A stretch of DNA of 64,000 bases from Alphaproteobacteria bacterium. Its GTDB lineage: Bacteria > Pseudomonadota > Alphaproteobacteria > MPNO01. The notes beneath the pieces are model-generated. The model saw only the letters and a program-made list of their open reading frames with translations, searched no databases and was not told where the DNA came from. Location of the stretch: NCBI GenBank assembly GCA_965117055.1, contig OZ220750.1, forward strand, positions 301,440-365,439, read 5' to 3'. Of this stretch, positions 45,307-54,971 are shown piece by piece. The stretch's first letter is position 1; the number at the start of each line of letters is the position of its first letter. The position numbers were made by a program, and so were the translations under genes.

Positions 45307-46326
45307 TTACCCCTCCTCCGCGATCAGCCGGTCGAGTATGCGGCGAGCGGCGAGCACCCCCGCATCGGCGTTTATGTCCACTTGCGGCAGGCCGTCGGGC
45401 ATCGTCTCGATGCTTCGCTGCTGCGCCTCGATCAGCCCGACATCCTCGGCAAAGGTGGTCTCCGCCGCCTCGGCGAGATACTCGGTGATCGAGTCGTCTT
45501 CCAGGTTGAAGCCGCGTGCGTGGTGCCAGAAATAGTGCGCGCTGGTCTCCGTCTCCGGCGTGATGGTGTGGTTGGAATATAGCTCGATCCCGCCGGCGCG
45601 GTTGCCGTCGCGCGCGCCCTGCCCCGCCGGCGCGCAGCCCGCGTCGATCACGACATGGCCGGGCGGCGTCCAGGCGATGAGTTGCCAGCGGTCGACCTCG
45701 AAGTCGATGCCGCCCGCCCGCGCGAACATGCCCGGCGGCTTGCCGCCCATGATCCAGCGGTCGACATGGACCCGGTCGCCCTCGCGGCCGACCTCGACCG
45801 GGAACTCGGCGACCTTGTCGGTGCCAAGGGTCGCGCCGTGGACGAACTGCACATGCGACAGGTCAAGCAGGTTGTCGACGATCAGGCGGTAGTCGCCGGC
45901 GACGTGGAACCGCCCCTGGACCGACTTCCAGGCGGGGTCGTCGTTCCAGTGATAGTCGGGAACCAGCGCGGGATCGGCCCGCTCGGGGTCGCCCATCCAG
46001 ATCCAGACGAAGCGGTCGCGCTCGACCACGGGGTAGGCCTCCACCCGCGCGCCCGGCGGCACCCGGGTCTGGCCCGGCACCTCGATACAGGCCCCGTCGG
46101 GCGCGAATTTGAGGCCGTGATAGCCGCAGCGGATTCCGCCGTTTTCGACACGGCCTTGCGAGAGCGGGGCGTGGCGGTGGATGCAGCGGTCGGCGAGCGC
46201 CACCGCCCCGCCGTCCTCGCCCCGGAACAGGACCACCGGACGGTCGAGAAGCCGCCGCGCGAGCGGAGCCTCTCCGACCTCCTCGTCCCACGCGGCCGCG
46301 TACCAGCAATTCTCAAGAAAGGCCAT
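45307..46326 (-). CDS. Rieske (2Fe-2S) oxygenase, vanillate-O-demethylase (VanA)/phthalate-family type
   Basis: N-terminus MAFLENCWYAAAW and CIHRHAPLSQG...CGYHGLKF Rieske motif. Confidence 0.75.
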   Translation of the reverse strand: MAFLENCWYAAAWDEEVGEAPLARRLLDRPVVLFRGEDGGAVALADRCIHRHAPLSQGRVENGGIRCGYHGLKFAPDGACIEVPGQTRVPPGARVEAYPVVERDRFVWIWMGDPERADPALVPDYHWNDDPAWKSVQGRFHVAGDYRLIVDNLLDLSHVQFVHGATLGTDKVAEFPVEVGREGDRVHVDRWIMGGKPPGMFARAGGIDFEVDRWQLIAWTPPGHVVIDAGCAPAGQGARDGNRAGGIELYSNHTITPETETSAHYFWHHARGFNLEDDSITEYLAEAAETTFAEDVGLIEAQQRSIETMPDGLPQVDINADAGVLAARRILDRLIAEEG

Positions 46327-46337
46327 CCGAGGCTCCT

Positions 46338-48659
46338 TCAGCGCTCCGCGGCGGCGACCGCGGCGGCGATCCGGTCGGGGGCGATCGGCACATCGTCGAT
46401 GAGGACGCCGAAAGGCGCAAGCGCGTCCTCGACCGCGGCGGCGATAGCGGCGGGTGCCGGGATGACCCCGCCCTCTCCCGCCCCCTTGGCGCCGAGCGGG
46501 TTGAGCGGCGTCGGGGACTCGGTGTGCAAGAGATCGAAACGCGGCATTTCGCCGGCGCCCGGCATCAGGTACTCGCCGAAATTGACGGTCATCGGCTGCC
46601 CGGCGTCGTCGAACACCATACGCTCGTAGAGAGCGCTGCCGATCCCGTGGACCGCGCCGCCGATGACCTGTCCGTCGACGATCATCGGATTGATCGTCCG
46701 CCCGCAGTCGTGGACCACCGTGTAGCGGAGAATCCCGAGCGCACCGGTCTCTATGTCGACTTCCACTTCCGCGACATGGCAACCGTTGCAATAGGTCACG
46801 GTCTCCGGCGTGAACGTTCCGAGCGCTTCCATCCCCGGCTCCATGCCGCCCGGCAGCGCATAGCCCGGCTGCCCGGCCAGGGCGCGGGCGATTTCGCCGA
46901 GTCCGACCGCCATGTCGGGCACTCCCCGGACGCGGACCTGTCCGTCCGCAAGTTCGAGATCCGCGGGCGCCGCCTCCAGCATGTGGGCGGCTGCCTGGAC
47001 AGCCTTGTCCGCCAGGGCGGAGGCGGCGACATGGACCGAGGACCCCGCGGTGACCGCCTGGCGGCTCGCGAACGCACCGAGGCCCAGGGAAACCGTATCG
47101 GTGTCGCCGGTGGTGACCTCCACCGCGTGGGGATCGAGCCCGAGCGCCGAGGCGCAGACCTGCGCGAGCGCGGTCTTGAGACCCTGGCCCTGCGCGGTCG
47201 CGCCGGTCGCGATCGTCACCCGGCCCGAAGGGTTGATCCTGATCCGGGCGGATTCGAACGGACCGCGCCCGGTGCCCTCGACATAGTTTCCGATGCCGAT
47301 GCCGACGTAACGCCCGTCCCGGCGCAGCGCGGCCTGCCGCTCCCGGAAGGCGTCGTGCTCAGACGCCTCCAGCGCCAAGGCCTGCGTCGCCGGGTAATCG
47401 CCGCTGTCATAGGTCATCGCGGTGCCGTCGCGGTTCTTCACCGGCGTCACGTAGGGCATCGCCTCGGGCTGGATCAGGTTGCGCCGGCGGATCTCGGCGC
47501 GGTCGATCCCGAGTCGGTCGGCGCCCTTGTCCAGCAGCCGTTCCATCGCGAACGTGCCCTGCGGACGGCCCGCGCCCCGGACCGGCGTCACGGGCACCTT
47601 GTTCGTCGCCGCCAGCCTGATGTCGAGCGAGTACGCCGGCAACGCATACGGCCCCAGCAGGTTGGTGGCCGAGTTGTAGGGCAGGTTGACGCCATAGGGC
47701 GTGTACGCGCCGTGGTCGTGGATCAGGGTGCCCCGGACCCCGAGCATCCTTCCGTCGGAATCGAGCGCCATCTCCATGTCCCAGTACTGGTCGCGTTCCT
47801 GGGTGGTGGCGGTGAAATGCTCGCGACGGTCCTCGATCCACTTGACGGGATCGCCCACGATCCTGGCCGCGAGCGCGATCACCGCCTCCTCGGCGTAGAA
47901 GACGAATTTGGGTCCGAACCCGCCCCCGACATCGGGAGCGACGACGCGCAGCCCGTCCTCGGCGCAACCCAGCAGGTCGGAAAGCACCGCGTGCGCGCGA
48001 TGGGGCATCTGGGTGCCGCTCCAGACGGTGAGCCTGCCGTCATTGGGATCGAGACGCGCGAGCACGCCCCGGCACTCGATCGCGTGTCCCAGCCCCTTGT
48101 TCTGGTGCATCCTGGCGCCGACGACATGGCTTGCCTCGGCGAAGGCCCGTTCGCAGTCGCCATAGGCCATCGCGAGCGCGGCGACCAGATTGTCGGGGAG
48201 CGCGTCGTGGGCCGACGGAGCGCCCGGCTCCAGCGCGCGTCGGCAATCGATGGCGGCGGGGAGCGGTTCGTAGTCGACTTCGACCAGGGAGGCCGCGTCT
48301 TCGGCCCGGTAGGGGCTGTCCGCGATCGCCACGGCGACCGGCTCGCCGACATAACGGACCTCTCCGTCCGCGAGGATCGGCGGGTCCAGCACATGCCGTA
48401 TCGCGCCGGAGGGTTGGGCAAGCGGCATCGTCACCCGCGTCACATGCGGCCGGAGATCCTCCAGGGCGAGCACCGCCCGGACCCCGGGCGACGCCTCGGC
48501 CGCGGCGCCGTCGATGCCGCGAATCCGGGCATGCGCCTCGCTGCTCCTCACGAAAGCGGCATGCAGCAGGTCCGGGAAGCGCAGGTCGTCGACGAACTTT
48601 CCCCGTCCGCGCAGCAGAGCCGGGTCCTCGATCCGAGGGACCCGCTTTCCTGGCGTCAC
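46338..48659 (-). CDS. xanthine-dehydrogenase-family molybdopterin-binding large subunit (CoxL-like), paralog 1
   Basis: GTG start overlapping SDR stop (GTGA); N-terminal RIEDPALLRGRGKFVDD and Mo-hydroxylase large-subunit domains. Confidence 0.75.
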   Translation of the reverse strand: MTPGKRVPRIEDPALLRGRGKFVDDLRFPDLLHAAFVRSSEAHARIRGIDGAAAEASPGVRAVLALEDLRPHVTRVTMPLAQPSGAIRHVLDPPILADGEVRYVGEPVAVAIADSPYRAEDAASLVEVDYEPLPAAIDCRRALEPGAPSAHDALPDNLVAALAMAYGDCERAFAEASHVVGARMHQNKGLGHAIECRGVLARLDPNDGRLTVWSGTQMPHRAHAVLSDLLGCAEDGLRVVAPDVGGGFGPKFVFYAEEAVIALAARIVGDPVKWIEDRREHFTATTQERDQYWDMEMALDSDGRMLGVRGTLIHDHGAYTPYGVNLPYNSATNLLGPYALPAYSLDIRLAATNKVPVTPVRGAGRPQGTFAMERLLDKGADRLGIDRAEIRRRNLIQPEAMPYVTPVKNRDGTAMTYDSGDYPATQALALEASEHDAFRERQAALRRDGRYVGIGIGNYVEGTGRGPFESARIRINPSGRVTIATGATAQGQGLKTALAQVCASALGLDPHAVEVTTGDTDTVSLGLGAFASRQAVTAGSSVHVAASALADKAVQAAAHMLEAAPADLELADGQVRVRGVPDMAVGLGEIARALAGQPGYALPGGMEPGMEALGTFTPETVTYCNGCHVAEVEVDIETGALGILRYTVVHDCGRTINPMIVDGQVIGGAVHGIGSALYERMVFDDAGQPMTVNFGEYLMPGAGEMPRFDLLHTESPTPLNPLGAKGAGEGGVIPAPAAIAAAVEDALAPFGVLIDDVPIAPDRIAAAVAAAER

Positions 48660-49408
48660 GGCCTCACCCAGCCGCCGTCGACATAGAGCGTCTGGCCGGT
48701 CATGAAGGCGGCATCGTCGCTCACCAGGAAGGAGAGCGCGCCCGTCAGGTCTTCCGGCATCTGCGTGCGCTTGATCGCCTGCATGGCGGACACCGCGGCG
48801 AAGCGTTCGTCCGAGCGGGGGTTGGTCACCTCCGTACCATGCGTGCGCACCAGGCTGGGCGCGATCGCGTTGACGGTAATTCCCTTGTCGGCGAGGTCGT
48901 TGGCGAGCGCGCGGGTGAACCCGATCACCCCGCCCTTGCTTGCGATGTAATGGCTGTACCCGGTCACCGACGTGTTGAAGGTGTTGGACGCCATGTTGAC
49001 GATCCGGCCCCAGCCACGCTCCACCATGCCCGGTGCGAACGCCTTGGCGGTCAGGAACATCGAATCGAGGTTGATCGCCATGACCCGCCGCCACTTGGCG
49101 AAGTCGACCGCCTCGAAAGGCTCGTTGGGGTAAATGCCGACATTGTTGATCAGGATGTCGCAGCGTCCGAAGCGTTCCCCGATTTCGCCCGAAAGGCGGG
49201 CGACGTCGTCCTCGGACGTGACATCGCCCTCGAACGACGCGGCCTCCGCCCCGGTGCCGGACAGCAACGCCATGGTATCCGCCGCCGGTTCCAGATCGAC
49301 GACGGCGACCGCCGCGCCTTCCGACGCGAGACGCTCAGCGAAGGCCCGGCCGATCCCCTTGGCGCCGCCGGTTACAACCGCGACCCGGCCCTGGTGTCGA
49401 TCCGACAT
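48656..49408 (-). CDS. SDR-family oxidoreductase
   Basis: TGGAKGIGRA cofactor motif, NNVG, YxxxK (YIASK). Confidence 0.8.
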   Translation of the reverse strand: MSDRHQGRVAVVTGGAKGIGRAFAERLASEGAAVAVVDLEPAADTMALLSGTGAEAASFEGDVTSEDDVARLSGEIGERFGRCDILINNVGIYPNEPFEAVDFAKWRRVMAINLDSMFLTAKAFAPGMVERGWGRIVNMASNTFNTSVTGYSHYIASKGGVIGFTRALANDLADKGITVNAIAPSLVRTHGTEVTNPRSDERFAAVSAMQAIKRTQMPEDLTGALSFLVSDDAAFMTGQTLYVDGGWVRP

Positions 49409-49480
49409 CGTGAATCTCCCTTTGGCATGGCTTCCCAACTATCATCGCCATCGAGCGGAACATTGGTAGGGGGCCTAGCG

Positions 49481-51799
49481 TTGAACACACCCGATACGAT
49501 CGACGACCGCCGGGCCTTGATACTCGGCCGCGGGAATTTCTTCGACGATCTCGACCCGCCGGGATGCCTGCACATCCACTTCCTGAGGAGCCCCTTCGCG
49601 CGCGCGCGGATCGCCGGCATCGATTGCACGGCGGCCGGCGCGGTGGACGGTGTGGTCCGGGTCTTTACCGGCGCCGATCTCGCCGATGCGACCGCGCCGG
49701 TCGCCGCCCGCATGGACGAGGCGGACTGGTACCGCTATCGCCCCACCGCCTGGCCGCTGATCGCGGAGACCCAAGTGCGTTTCGCGGGCGAGATCATCGC
49801 CGCCGTCGTCGCGCGGAATCCGTACGCGGCGGAAGACGCCGCCTCGTCGATCGAGGTCGAGTACGAGCCCGGGGATCCGGTCGCCGACGCGGCCTCGGCG
49901 TTGAAGGAAGGCGCGCCGCTGGTTCACGAAGCGCACGGCGGCAACATCCTGTTCGAAAGCCGGTTCGTCAGCGACGCCGACGCCGATCCCTTCGCCGCCG
50001 CGCCGGTTGTCGTCTCGGGCCGGTTCCGCCACCCCCGGGTCGCGCCTTCCCCCATCGAATGCTGCGGCTGCCTTGCGGTCCACGATCGGCGCGAGGACGT
50101 GATCGAAGTCCGTTCGCCGACCCAGGTGCCGCATATCCTGAGGGACGGCATCGCGAAGTTCCTTCGCCTGCCCGAGTCGAAGATCAGGGTCCGGCCGACC
50201 GATATCGGGGGCGGGTTCGGTGTGAAAATGCTGCTCTACCCCGAAGAGGCCATCACCGCCTTCGCGGCGCGCGCGCTCGGCGGCGCCGTCAAATGGACCC
50301 AGGACAGGCTGCAGCACCTGGAGCGCGGATACCACGCGCGCGACGCGGTGATCGAAGCCTCGCTCGCCGCCGACGGGGAAGGCCGGATCCTCGGCCTGAA
50401 GGCGGAGGTGTGGTGCGATTCGGGCGCCTACAGCCCGTACCCGCTCGGCCCGTCGCTCGAACCGCATACCGCGCTGGTCGGTCTTCCCGGCCCCTACGCC
50501 ATTCCCTTCATCGACTACACCTCGCGCGCGGTCGCGACCAACAAGTGCCCGACCGGGCCCTATCGCGGCGTCGGATTCGGTCTCTGCCCCCTGGTGACCG
50601 AGAGCCTGGTAGACGCGCTCGCGCGGCGGATCGGCGCGGATCGGATCGCGGTGAGGCGCCGCAACCTGGTGCCGACGGGGGCGTTTCCGTTCAGGACCGT
50701 CGGCGGCGGGGTCATCGACAGCGGCGATTACGAGGGGCTGCTGGAGAAGCTGCTGGACGCCGCCCGGATCGACGAGGAGCACGATGGTGGGGGACGCAGG
50801 GTCGGGATCGGCGTTTCCTGCTTCATCGAGCCCACCGGCATGGGATGCACGGTATTCCGGGGGCGCGGGATGACCGACGTTCCGGGCTACGATTCGGCGG
50901 TGCTCCGGGTCGCCCGGTCGGGCGCGGTCGAGGCCTATGTGACGACGCCGTCCATGGGCCAGCAGCCTTTCAAGGCAATGCGCCGGATCGTGGCCGACAA
51001 GTTCGGGATCGACAAAGCGCGCGTTCACGTGTCCTGCGCCGACACCGAGACGATGCCGCACGGCTCGGGTGCGTTCGCCAGTCGCGGGCTGGTCTCGGGC
51101 GGAGGCGCGCTGCAAAAGGCGGCGGGACAGGCCATCGACCAGATGAAGCGGTTTGCCGCGCTGAAGCTCGAAGTTGACCCGGAGGACATCGTCTTTTCCG
51201 ACGGCCGCTTCGCGGACGGACACAATTCCAACCGGTTCGCGACCTTCGAGGAAATCGCCGATTTCGCTCATTCGCCGAGCCCCAACCTGCCTGACGGACT
51301 GTCGCACGGGTTGCAGGCCGCGGCGACCTTCGACACGCCGGGCGCCGCGACCTCGGCCGCGATGCACATCGCCACGGTCGCGGTCGACACCGAGACCGGT
51401 GAGGTCGAAATCCTCAAATACGTGGTCGCCGAGGATTGCGGCACCATCGCCGATCTGGACGTGGTCGAAGGGCAGACCTGGGGCGGGGTGATGCAGGGGA
51501 TCGGAGCGGCGCTGCTCGAAGAGGTCAGGTACGACGACGCCGGCCAGCTCCAATCGGCTAATTTCGCCGATTACATGATTCCCGGCGCGTTCGAGTCGCC
51601 GGGGATAGAGATCGTCCACCAGGAAACGCCCTCGCCGATCACCGAGGGCGGCTACAAGGGGGTGGGCGAGAGCGGCACCATCGGGGCGCCCGCGGCGATC
51701 GCGGGCGCGGTGATGGACGCGCTCGGCGTCGGTTGCGACGAGATCAGTCTGCCGCTCAGCCCCCACCGTGTGCGGGCGCTGATCGCGGCGGCGGAGTAA
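49481..51799 (+). CDS. xanthine-dehydrogenase-family molybdopterin-binding large subunit (CoxL-like), paralog 2; start uncertain (TTG 49481 or ATG 49427)
   Basis: DDRRALILGRGNFFDD N-terminal motif and full Mo-hydroxylase large-subunit architecture. Confidence 0.7.
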   Translation: MNTPDTIDDRRALILGRGNFFDDLDPPGCLHIHFLRSPFARARIAGIDCTAAGAVDGVVRVFTGADLADATAPVAARMDEADWYRYRPTAWPLIAETQVRFAGEIIAAVVARNPYAAEDAASSIEVEYEPGDPVADAASALKEGAPLVHEAHGGNILFESRFVSDADADPFAAAPVVVSGRFRHPRVAPSPIECCGCLAVHDRREDVIEVRSPTQVPHILRDGIAKFLRLPESKIRVRPTDIGGGFGVKMLLYPEEAITAFAARALGGAVKWTQDRLQHLERGYHARDAVIEASLAADGEGRILGLKAEVWCDSGAYSPYPLGPSLEPHTALVGLPGPYAIPFIDYTSRAVATNKCPTGPYRGVGFGLCPLVTESLVDALARRIGADRIAVRRRNLVPTGAFPFRTVGGGVIDSGDYEGLLEKLLDAARIDEEHDGGGRRVGIGVSCFIEPTGMGCTVFRGRGMTDVPGYDSAVLRVARSGAVEAYVTTPSMGQQPFKAMRRIVADKFGIDKARVHVSCADTETMPHGSGAFASRGLVSGGGALQKAAGQAIDQMKRFAALKLEVDPEDIVFSDGRFADGHNSNRFATFEEIADFAHSPSPNLPDGLSHGLQAAATFDTPGAATSAAMHIATVAVDTETGEVEILKYVVAEDCGTIADLDVVEGQTWGGVMQGIGAALLEEVRYDDAGQLQSANFADYMIPGAFESPGIEIVHQETPSPITEGGYKGVGESGTIGAPAAIAGAVMDALGVGCDEISLPLSPHRVRALIAAAE

Positions 51800-51802
51800 C
51801 GC

Positions 51803-52432
51803 TCAGACCTCCGAACGTCCGCCGAACAGGCCTTTCAGCCAGCGCGTGAAAGCATTCCACATCACGCTGGCGCCGAGCGAAAAACCCGAGATGGGCTTGG
51901 CGGCCTGCGGCGGCGGCGCGGGCCGATCCTCGGCCGGATCGGGAGCTGCCTCTTCCGCCTCGTCCGCCGTACCGCGGTCCGCCACGATCTGCTCGTGAAG
52001 GGCGTCCGCGAAGCGGTCGATCAGCTGCGTCGCCACGTCCTTGATCATGCCGACGCCGCGGCCGTACTGGGCGACCGAGCCGGAGAGCTGCAGGTCGGTA
52101 CGGATCTGGACCGTGGTCGTGCCGTCCTGGGCGGGAAGCAGGCGGAAATCGACATTGGCGTTGGCGCCGCCACGGCCCTTGGCGTCGCGCCCCTGGGCCT
52201 TGACCCGGGCGGAGTGGCCTTCGTCGTCCCGGTCCTCGAACCGGGCGTCGCCGGCGAAGGTCAGCGCCACCGGGCCGAGCCGGACGGATACCTTGCCCTT
52301 GAAGCTGTTCTCGTCGATCACCTCCGTGAGCTCGGCGCCCGGCATGCAGGGGGCGATCCGCTCGACGTCGGTCAGGATGGCCCAAGCTTCGTCGACCGGC
52401 ACCCCGACGTTGAATGAATTCTCGAACTCCAA
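51803..52432 (-). CDS. CoxG-family (SRPBCC) protein
   Basis: MEFENSFNVGVPVDEAWAILTDVERIAPCMPGA typical CoxG N-terminus. Confidence 0.7.
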   Translation of the reverse strand: MEFENSFNVGVPVDEAWAILTDVERIAPCMPGAELTEVIDENSFKGKVSVRLGPVALTFAGDARFEDRDDEGHSARVKAQGRDAKGRGGANANVDFRLLPAQDGTTTVQIRTDLQLSGSVAQYGRGVGMIKDVATQLIDRFADALHEQIVADRGTADEAEEAAPDPAEDRPAPPPQAAKPISGFSLGASVMWNAFTRWLKGLFGGRSEV

Positions 52433-52460
52433 GTCAGCCTCCTCTCGGCCGGCGTCCCGA

Positions 52461-54785
52461 TTAGCGGGCGGCGCGGTCGATGGCGCGCCACACCGTTTCG
52501 GGACTCGCCGGCATGTCGATCGCCGAAACGCCGAGCGGGCTCAACGCGTCGACGATCGCGTTCATCAATGCGGGCATCGCGCCGACGCAGCCCGCCTCGC
52601 CGGCGCCCTTGATCCCGAGCGGATTGGTGGGGGTCGGCACCTCGTTGATTTCCATCTCGAAGCTCGGGAGATCGTCGGCGCGGGGCATCGTGTAGTCCAT
52701 GAACGATCCCGCGATAAGCTGGCCCGACCCGCGGTCCCAGACCACGTTCTCCATCATGATCTGGCCCACGCCCTGGACGATGCCGCCGTGCAGCTGACCC
52801 TCCATCAGGAGCGGGTTGAGCACGGTGCCGACGTCGTCGACCGCGGCGTAGCGCAGGATCTCGACGACGCCGGTTTCGCGGTCGACCTCCACCTCGCAGA
52901 CATGGCAGCCGTTCGGAAAAGTGGGCGCCGGCGGCGTCCAGGCCGCCCACTCGTTGATCCCCGGCTCGAACCCGGGCGGCACCGTCATAAACGACTGGGC
53001 GAGCTTGGCCGCGTCGACCAGCCCGATCGTCCGGTCGGTTCCAGCGACGGTGAACGCGCCGTCGGCGAACTCGATATCCTCTTCCGCCGCTTCCAGCTTG
53101 TGGGCGGCGATCTTGCGGCATCTGTCGATCACTTTGTCGGCCGCCAGCACGATCGAGGCGCCGCCCACACCCGAGGAGCGCGAGCCAAAGGTTCCCGTCC
53201 CAGCCATGACTTCGTCGGAATCGCCCTGGGAGATGCGGATCCGCTCGAATTCCAGGCCCAGCCTGTCGGACAGTATCTGGCGGAACACCGTCTCGTGCCC
53301 CTGGCCGTGGTTATGGGTGCCCATGGTGAGGGTCAGCGAACCCGAGGGGTCGAAGCGGATCTGCGCCCATTCCGGGAAACCGCCGGCGGATTGCTCGATC
53401 ACGTTGGAAATACCGATCCCGAGCAGCTTGCCGCGTGCTTCAGCGTCGGCCCGACGGGCATCGCGCCCGGCGTAGTCCACCAGCGCCAGCGCGCGGTCCA
53501 TGTTGGACTCGAACTCGCCCGAATCGTAGGTGAAGACCAGCCCGGTGGCGAATGGAAACGCGTCGGGGGCGATGTAGTTGCGCCGGCGGAGCTCGGCCGG
53601 GTCGATGCCCATCTCGTCCGCCGCGGTGTCGATCGTCCGTTCGATCGCGTAGGCCGCTTCCGGACGCCCCGCGCCGCGATAGGGACCCGTCGACATCGTG
53701 TTGGTGAAGACGCCCGTGACATGGGTATAGATCGCCGGCGTCCGGTAGGGACCGGCGAGCGTACCCAGATTGTTGGTCGCGGAATGGGGGCCGAGCAGGG
53801 TCAGGTAGGCGCCGAGATTGGCGGTCGTGCGGACCCTGAAGCCGAGGAACGCGCCGTCCTTCGAAAGGGCGAGCTCCGCGGTCGAGATGTTGTCGCGCGC
53901 CTGGTCGTCCACCATGAAGCCCTCGGCCCGATCACCGGTCCACTTGACCGGGCGGTCGAGCATCTTCGAGGCGAAGAGGCACATCGCGTATTCGCAGTAT
54001 GGGCCCGACCGCATCCCGAAAGCGCCGCCCATGTCGTGGCTGACCACGCGGAGATCGCCCTCCGGCACCTTGAGGATGGGCGAGGCGGTCGCCATGCGCA
54101 CGCCGTGCGGACCCTGGGTCCCGGTGTAAAGGGTGTAGCGTCCGGTGAACCGGTCGAATTCGCCGATGCAGGCGCGCGGCTCCATCGGCGCGACCGCGAC
54201 GCGGGTGACGATGAAGTCCAGCCTGGCGATGTGGTCGGCCCCGGCGAACGCCCGCTCGACGGCGTCCTTGTCGCCCTGTTCGAAGACGAAGCAGACGTTG
54301 TCCGGCGCTTCCGGCCACACCGCGGGCGCTCCCGGGGCCTCTGCATCGGCGGTCGCGGTGACCGAGGGGAGCGGCTCGTAATCGACCTCGATGAGCTCGG
54401 CGGCGTCGCGCGCCGCGTCATGGGTCTCGGCGACGACGAACGCCACGTAATCGCCGACCAGCCGGACCCGGTCCTTGCGAAGAGGCAGGTTGGGCGGCGT
54501 GAACATCGGCGAGCCGTTCGCCTTGTTGCGGGGCACCGCGCAGGGAATGCTGCCGAGCCCGGCGGCCTCGACATCGGCATGGGTGTAGACCGCGAGCACG
54601 CCGGGAGCCACGGCGGCCGCGGCAATATCGATCGACCGGATCTCGGCATGGGCGTGCGGCGAGCGCAGCACATGGCCATAAGCCTGGCCCGGCCGGTTGA
54701 GGTCGTCGCTGTAGCGCCCGCCGCCGCGCAGCAGACGCGGATCTTCCCAGCGCGGCACACCCTGACCGATACCGAACTTGGTCAT
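52461..54785 (-). CDS. xanthine-dehydrogenase-family molybdopterin-binding large subunit (CoxL-like), paralog 3
   Basis: VPRWEDPRLLRGGGRYSDD N-terminus and Mo-hydroxylase large-subunit domains. Confidence 0.75.
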   Translation of the reverse strand: MTKFGIGQGVPRWEDPRLLRGGGRYSDDLNRPGQAYGHVLRSPHAHAEIRSIDIAAAAVAPGVLAVYTHADVEAAGLGSIPCAVPRNKANGSPMFTPPNLPLRKDRVRLVGDYVAFVVAETHDAARDAAELIEVDYEPLPSVTATADAEAPGAPAVWPEAPDNVCFVFEQGDKDAVERAFAGADHIARLDFIVTRVAVAPMEPRACIGEFDRFTGRYTLYTGTQGPHGVRMATASPILKVPEGDLRVVSHDMGGAFGMRSGPYCEYAMCLFASKMLDRPVKWTGDRAEGFMVDDQARDNISTAELALSKDGAFLGFRVRTTANLGAYLTLLGPHSATNNLGTLAGPYRTPAIYTHVTGVFTNTMSTGPYRGAGRPEAAYAIERTIDTAADEMGIDPAELRRRNYIAPDAFPFATGLVFTYDSGEFESNMDRALALVDYAGRDARRADAEARGKLLGIGISNVIEQSAGGFPEWAQIRFDPSGSLTLTMGTHNHGQGHETVFRQILSDRLGLEFERIRISQGDSDEVMAGTGTFGSRSSGVGGASIVLAADKVIDRCRKIAAHKLEAAEEDIEFADGAFTVAGTDRTIGLVDAAKLAQSFMTVPPGFEPGINEWAAWTPPAPTFPNGCHVCEVEVDRETGVVEILRYAAVDDVGTVLNPLLMEGQLHGGIVQGVGQIMMENVVWDRGSGQLIAGSFMDYTMPRADDLPSFEMEINEVPTPTNPLGIKGAGEAGCVGAMPALMNAIVDALSPLGVSAIDMPASPETVWRAIDRAAR

Positions 54786-54971
54786 CGAATCGTTCCCACT
54801 CGCTTCACCGGCGCCGCTGGCCGAATCCCTCTCGGGGCGGCAATGCGTTTCACGGCCGCCGAAATCGGCGCTGTCATCTGCGGACGCCGGATGATAGGGG
54901 AAGGGCCGGATCGCAACAACGCCGCCGTCCGGCCCGATTGCGGCCGCACCGGTCCTGTATAGTTAAGCGGG

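Noticed and set aside
46524-48686. 720-aa plus-strand ORF
   Set aside because: It is antisense to the CoxL-like paralog 1.
49475-51766. 763-aa minus-strand ORF
   Set aside because: It is antisense to the CoxL-like paralog 2.
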